64,000 nt of DNA, from positions 891,209-955,208 of the forward strand of contig CAWAMW010000002.1 of assembly GCA_963783305.1 (NCBI GenBank), given 5' to 3'. Source of the DNA: an uncultured Gemmatimonadales bacterium. GTDB taxonomy: Bacteria > Gemmatimonadota > Gemmatimonadetes > Longimicrobiales > RSA9. Under the pieces are notes generated by a model. It had not been told where the DNA came from. It made no database searches and saw only the letters and a program-made list of their open reading frames with translations. Position numbers and translations under genes: made by a program. How positions within the stretch are numbered: position 1 is the stretch's first letter; every line of letters begins with the position of its first letter. Below are positions 59,157 through 64,000 of the stretch, one piece after another.

Positions 59157-59597
59157 ATGAAGCGCGTCATTACCTTTGGAACGTTCGACGTCCTCCACGT
59201 CGGGCACGTGAACATCCTCGAGAGGGCTCGCGCCCTGGGCGATCATCTTGCCGTGGGCGTGTCGTCCGATGCGCTGAACGTCAAGAAGAAAGGGCGCGCT
59301 CCCGTCTACTCCCAGCGGGATCGCCTGAAGATCATCGAGTCGCTGCGGTTCGTGGACGAGGTGTTCGTCGAGGAGTCGCTCGAGAGAAAGAGGGACTACA
59401 TCCTCGATCACGAGGCGGATATCCTGGTCATGGGCAACGACTGGGAGGGCCGCTTCGACGAGTTCCAGGACATCTGCGAGGTCGTCTACCTGCCCAGGAC
59501 GCCGTCGATCTCTACCACCGAGGTGATCGAGGTGGTGCGGCGAGGAGATTTCGGGGTTGTTCCGGCGGCGCAGGCGTCCAGCACGTCTCAGGACTGA
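59157..59597 (+). CDS. tagD: Glycerol-3-phosphate cytidylyltransferase (TagD-like)
   Basis: ITFGTFDVLHVGH (HxGH), MGNDWEGRFD, RTPSISTT. Confidence 0.85.
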   Translation: MKRVITFGTFDVLHVGHVNILERARALGDHLAVGVSSDALNVKKKGRAPVYSQRDRLKIIESLRFVDEVFVEESLERKRDYILDHEADILVMGNDWEGRFDEFQDICEVVYLPRTPSISTTEVIEVVRRGDFGVVPAAQASSTSQD

Positions 59598-60465
59598 ACG
59601 ACCGAATCTCCCAGGGTGGTTTGCCAGAGGGGGAATTCCCGCTCGAAGAGCCGGGCGGCGGCGGCCACCCGAGGGCGCGCCCAGGGTCGCAGGAGGCTCA
59701 CGACGGCTTCTCTTCGGTCCTCCAACTCGGCCTCCCTTTCCTCCACAGACCGCTCCCGCGCCCAATCCTTCCACCTCTGGGGGACGAGCGGCGCCACGGC
59801 CGCCCACGCCCGGGTGCGGCGGAATCCGTCCAGCAGCCCCATTCCACTGGGGCGTTTGATCTTTTCGGGCCGGGCGTTCCTCTGCTCCAGTTCAAGCTCC
59901 GAGAGTGGAGCGACATCGAGCCACCAAACACCTGTGCAAGCGTCCCCTCCGTGTCCCTCACGAGTTCCTCGTATACGAGGGGGAGGACCGCAGCCCGCCC
60001 GAACAGGTCGAGCCAGGGCGCGATCTGCATGGCGTAGTCGCCGTAGGCGCGATAGGACTCGTCTTCCCGGATCGCTTCGAGCATGGGGCGCGTCTCCGTG
60101 AACTCCGGCCGGGAAGAACGCGTGTTGTGCCAGTAGTGGCTGATGGCCCTGTCTATGGGATCACGCATCAGGTAGATCAGGCGGGCGTCCGGCGAGAAGT
60201 CGCTAACCCGTTGGGCGACTCCTTCGAACAGCGGCCTCTTCGTATAGTGTGTGCTCGACTCGCCGACGAACCGGGCGGAGCCCGCGCCGTGGAACAGCGA
60301 CAGGTACCAGTCCACTTCCTTCGGGTGGTAGCGGAGCTCCGGCACGAAGAACGCCGGCTCCTTGAGCGCCGACATGAAGATCTCCGGGTGCCTCCCCAGA
60401 GCGTGGTGCAGCGAAGTGGTGCCGCACTTCGCTGCTCCGATGATGAAGAGGTTAGGCCGAGGCAT
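59588..60465 (-). pseudogene. Sulfotransferase, frameshifted near 59925 (pseudogene or sequencing error)
   Basis: PNLFIIGAAKCGTTSL, GESSTHY, RDPIDRAISHY. After LAQVF the plausible continuation WLDVAPL...FPLW lies in another frame ending at 59588. Confidence 0.75.
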
Positions 60466-60714
60466 GGGGACCGCAGAGGCGTGCACGCGGTGTGGTGGCC
60501 ATATGACAAAGTCCTGGTGGCCGGAACAAGAGGGGCGTAGCGCTCCGACCGCCTGTCTAGACAGCTACGCGGTGTGAGTTACTCCTGGGGTACTTGAAAA
60601 TATTCCGGAAGTAACGCCCGCGCCAGTCTGGCGAGTGAGGACGCACGCATGCCCTTGAGCATTCGACCTCTTGCCGGCATATTCAAGCCTCCGAATCGCA
60701 GCCCACCAGAGGAA

Positions 60715-62460
60715 ATGGCAACCACCTATAGCGGCACCGTAGCCTTCTTCCGCCATTTCGCCGGGGCGTACAGGCGGCGCACGCTTCTCATGGTGGCGTT
60801 GCTGGCCCTCGGGGGGTTCCTCGAGGGCATCAGCGTCATCACGCTCGTGCCGCTGCTGGAGGTCGCCAGCAATCCTGGTGGGGAGGCAGCCAGCTCCGGG
60901 ATCGCCCGCGCGTTTCAGGATGCGTTTCTGAGCGTCGGGATACAGCCCACACTGGTGGTCCTCTCCGCCGTCGTAGTTCTCGCCATCACCATGAAGGCAA
61001 TCGTCCTCTGGCTCGCCATGCGGCAGGTGGGATTCACGGTGGCCCGGGTGACCCTGGATCTCCGCCTCGAGCTGGTCCGGGCGCTGCTCAAGGCGCGCTG
61101 GGGCTACTTCGGGAACCAGCAGTTCGGCGGGTTTGCCAACGCGATCAGTGGCGAGGCGATTCGCTCGGCGGCCGCGTATCGCGAGGCCTGTGTCGTGCTG
61201 GCCGGCGTCATGCAGGTCGTCATGTACGCCGTAATCTCGTTCATGATCTCCTGGCAGGTCACGCTCGCCGCCCTGGTCACGGGTGTACTCCTGATCCGCG
61301 GCCTTCGGGGATACGTGGCCATGAGCAGGTCCGCCGGTGAATCGCAGACGACGCTCACGAAGAGCCTCACGCGGCGCCTCGTGGAGGCCCTCCAGGGCAT
61401 GAAGCCCATGAAGGCGATGGCGCGCGAGGACTTGTTCTGGCCGCTTCTCGAGGGCGAGGCCGAAGGGCTGAACGACGCTCAACGCAGGAACGTCATCGCG
61501 TCGGAGACAATGCGCCTCTTCCAGGAGCCCATTGTAACCCTGGTCCTCGCCGGCGGCTTCGTGGTCCTGCTGACCGCCACCGGCAGGAGCTTTTCCTCCA
61601 TCATCGTGCTCGCCTTCGTCTTCTACCGCCTGCTGACGAACATCAACACGCTCCAGATGCGGTACCAGGTTACGACGGTCGGGGTGAGCGCGTTCTGGTC
61701 GCTGCGTGAGCAGATCGACGAGGCAAGGGCTGCGGAGGAGAGACACCCGGGAGGGGCGGAGCCGCCGGCTCTCACCGATGGGATCGAGCTGCGCGATGTG
61801 AGCTTCTCGTACGGTGACCTGCAGGTGCTGGACGGACTGCAGCTCCGGATTCCCGCGAGCGAGATCACCGCCCTGATCGGGCAGTCCGGGAGCGGCAAGA
61901 GCACCATCCTGGACCTGATCGCGGGTCTCCGGCGGCCCGATGGAGGCGAGGTGCACCTCGATGGCGTTCCGCTGGAGGAGATCGACCTCCGAGCGTGGCG
62001 GCGGAAGATCGGGTACGTCCCCCAGGAAGTCTTCCTCTTCAACGACACGGTCCGCCGCAACGTGACGCTGGGGGATGACTCGATCTCCGATGAGAGGGTG
62101 GAGGAAGCGTTGCGTGCCTCCGGGTCATGGGACTTCGTCGGGCGGAACTCCGAGGGGATCCACGCGCTGATCGCGCCGCAGGGCTCCAACCTCTCCGGCG
62201 GTCAGCGTCAGCGGCTGGCGATCGCGAGGGCGCTGGTGAAGGAGCCCGCTCTGCTGATCCTGGACGAGGCCACGACCGGGCTCGATACAGCCACCGAAGC
62301 GGCCATTCTGGAGACACTCGCATCCTTGCGTGGACGGGTGACGATCCTGGCGGTGTCGCACCAGCCCGCGCTGCGCGCCACCGCCGACCACACCATCGTC
62401 CTGCGGGATGGGCAGATCGCGGAGGACACGGCGCCGCTGGTGCTGGAGGGCGGGCGCTGA
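60715..62460 (+). CDS. ABC exporter (MsbA/PglK-like lipid-linked glycan flippase candidate)
   Basis: TM domain, GQSGSGKST, LSGGQRQR, LILDEAT; located in the glycan cluster. Confidence 0.88.
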   Translation: MATTYSGTVAFFRHFAGAYRRRTLLMVALLALGGFLEGISVITLVPLLEVASNPGGEAASSGIARAFQDAFLSVGIQPTLVVLSAVVVLAITMKAIVLWLAMRQVGFTVARVTLDLRLELVRALLKARWGYFGNQQFGGFANAISGEAIRSAAAYREACVVLAGVMQVVMYAVISFMISWQVTLAALVTGVLLIRGLRGYVAMSRSAGESQTTLTKSLTRRLVEALQGMKPMKAMAREDLFWPLLEGEAEGLNDAQRRNVIASETMRLFQEPIVTLVLAGGFVVLLTATGRSFSSIIVLAFVFYRLLTNINTLQMRYQVTTVGVSAFWSLREQIDEARAAEERHPGGAEPPALTDGIELRDVSFSYGDLQVLDGLQLRIPASEITALIGQSGSGKSTILDLIAGLRRPDGGEVHLDGVPLEEIDLRAWRRKIGYVPQEVFLFNDTVRRNVTLGDDSISDERVEEALRASGSWDFVGRNSEGIHALIAPQGSNLSGGQRQRLAIARALVKEPALLILDEATTGLDTATEAAILETLASLRGRVTILAVSHQPALRATADHTIVLRDGQIAEDTAPLVLEGGR

Positions 62461-62470
62461 GTCCGGCGCC

Positions 62471-63736
62471 CTAGAGCAGGTACCGGGTAAGCTCCCGGTG
62501 CGCTCCCGCCAGCCGCTGCTCGTCCTCCGGGTGGATGAAGCGCATCTCCGGGCTGTTGGTCTTCGGGGCGATGTCCCGCGACCAGGGCTCTCCACGGCGC
62601 ACCGCCTCGGCCCGCACGGTATCGTTGACCAGCCGGCTGGTCACGAAGCAGGAGATGTTCTCCAGCGCCCATGCCCGGGGGCGGTAGCGATCGAGGTTGT
62701 CGAGCACGTCGAGCACTCCCGCGCCGAGCCGCCGCTCCGGCACGATCTCGCCCGTGTCCGGGACGATGTTCTTGGTGATCCCGCCTATGTGCTCCTCCAG
62801 CACGATGGCCGGGATGTCGCAGAAGAGGCTCTCCGCGATCGCGCGGTTGCTGCCCTCCTTGAGGCTCAGCAGCATGGCCATGCGGGACTGGCAGTTGATC
62901 CGCATCACCTCCTCGAACTGGATGCCCTCCACGAAGGTCAGCTGGTCGAGCACACCATAGCGCGCGGCCAGCTTCCGGATGTCCTCCTCGGTCCGGTCCG
63001 CCATCCTGGCCCCGATGAGGACCACGTCGATCTTCCGCTCCAGCCGCGCCAGCATGGAGAACAGCACGTAGTGCCGCTTGAGCTTGAGCCAGTTGGAGTT
63101 GAAGACCAGATCGAACCGCTTCGGCTGATCCAGGTAGGGCTCGGCGATGCCCGGGTCGACCCAGTCGCTGGGGCCGCACCGGATCGGCACGAGGTTCGAT
63201 TCGGTGGCCGCGATCAGGCGGTAGTCCTCCGAGCGCGGGGCCATGACGAACACGGGCTCGTCGAACTGCGTGAAGTGGAAGAACGTGCGGTCGCAGTACC
63301 CCGACCAGGACGGCTCCACCACGAGGTGGTAGTCGCGCAGGAGCGCCGAGAGGTCGAGCGTCCGCGCCACCAGGTCGATGGTCTCGCTGAACTTCACGAA
63401 CACCACCCCTTTCTCTCCTCCGTCAGCCGGGGGCTTCATCACGAGCAGGCGGATTCCCAGCAGTCGCTCCACTTCGGTCCGGTCCGGCTGGCCCCAGCGA
63501 TCCCAGACGGCGTCACGATCCCGTATGAGGATCGGCTCGACCGCCCGGGTGATCCTCCGACTGGGGCTGGTCCGGTGGACCTGCGACAGGAGCTCCCAGG
63601 CGCGTATCCGTCGGCCGGTAAGGCGGTTCAAGAGACCTCGGAAGGCATAGTACGCCACCGCCATGGAGACGATCAGCCTGTTCTCGGAGGCCTTCTGGAG
63701 CCAGATCTCCAGCCGTGCGTCGAGCGCGCTTTTCAT
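62471..63736 (-). CDS. Glycosyltransferase (GT-B fold)
   Basis: LKRHY, LLSLKEGSNRAIAESL acidic ExxxxxxxE motif; start uncertain. Confidence 0.7.
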   Translation of the reverse strand: MKSALDARLEIWLQKASENRLIVSMAVAYYAFRGLLNRLTGRRIRAWELLSQVHRTSPSRRITRAVEPILIRDRDAVWDRWGQPDRTEVERLLGIRLLVMKPPADGGEKGVVFVKFSETIDLVARTLDLSALLRDYHLVVEPSWSGYCDRTFFHFTQFDEPVFVMAPRSEDYRLIAATESNLVPIRCGPSDWVDPGIAEPYLDQPKRFDLVFNSNWLKLKRHYVLFSMLARLERKIDVVLIGARMADRTEEDIRKLAARYGVLDQLTFVEGIQFEEVMRINCQSRMAMLLSLKEGSNRAIAESLFCDIPAIVLEEHIGGITKNIVPDTGEIVPERRLGAGVLDVLDNLDRYRPRAWALENISCFVTSRLVNDTVRAEAVRRGEPWSRDIAPKTNSPEMRFIHPEDEQRLAGAHRELTRYLL

Positions 63737-64000
63737 GCGGAGGTTGGGCAGACGTGAACGAATCCGGCGAGGAAGGAGTGTGCCCGCGCCGGTCTCGTCG
63801 GAGGCTAAGGCGAATGCATACCCTGCACAACCCGCCCGGCGAGCGGACTTGTCGGTTCGTGCCAGCTCCGACACCTTTCAGATCGCAACTCGAAGCAACG
63901 ACAGGAGGTCACGTGTGCCATATTTTCTCTGCCGGCGGGCGGAGGTCGCCGAGCTGTAGCCGTGACGGGTCGGCCTCCGCGAGGCGTCGGTGAGATCTGG

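Overview
High-GC bacterial chromosomal window, probably Gemmatimonadota-like (inferred from gene content and order only). 1-10 kb is the origin-proximal region: a 5' fragment of dnaA (minus strand), rpmH-rnpA-yidD-yidC, acylphosphatase and an ABC-class ATPase. Two perfect parS palindromes flank an unusual 10-bp tandem-repeat array, followed by parA-parB-M23 peptidase-bactofilin and an intergenic pair of perfect DnaA boxes (candidate oriC about 8.6 kb from dnaA). 10-28 kb is housekeeping and metabolism: Nif3, M14 peptidase, LOG, a deoxyhypusine-synthase-like protein, an ABC exporter, an amidase, and lipA-pdhAB-[pilin-like gene]-pdhC. 28-64 kb is a large cell-surface island with an exosortase (EpsH+EpsI-like), a CAAX-type protease, five PEP-CTERM proteins, two paralogous PPIase lipoproteins, two paralogous priming sugar transferases, Wza/Wzc, many glycosyltransferases, deacetylases, an ATP-grasp ligase, an O-ligase/polymerase, sulfotransferases, TagD/TagF-like genes and an ABC flippase. 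The least expected signal is a recurring regulatory architecture in that island. An 18-bp palindrome (TGT[T/G]G-N8-C[A/C]ACA), usually in tandem pairs 20-21 bp apart, lies at conserved distances from sigma54-like -24/-12 elements, three of which carry a non-canonical CGAAC -24 box. Two genes appear frameshifted.
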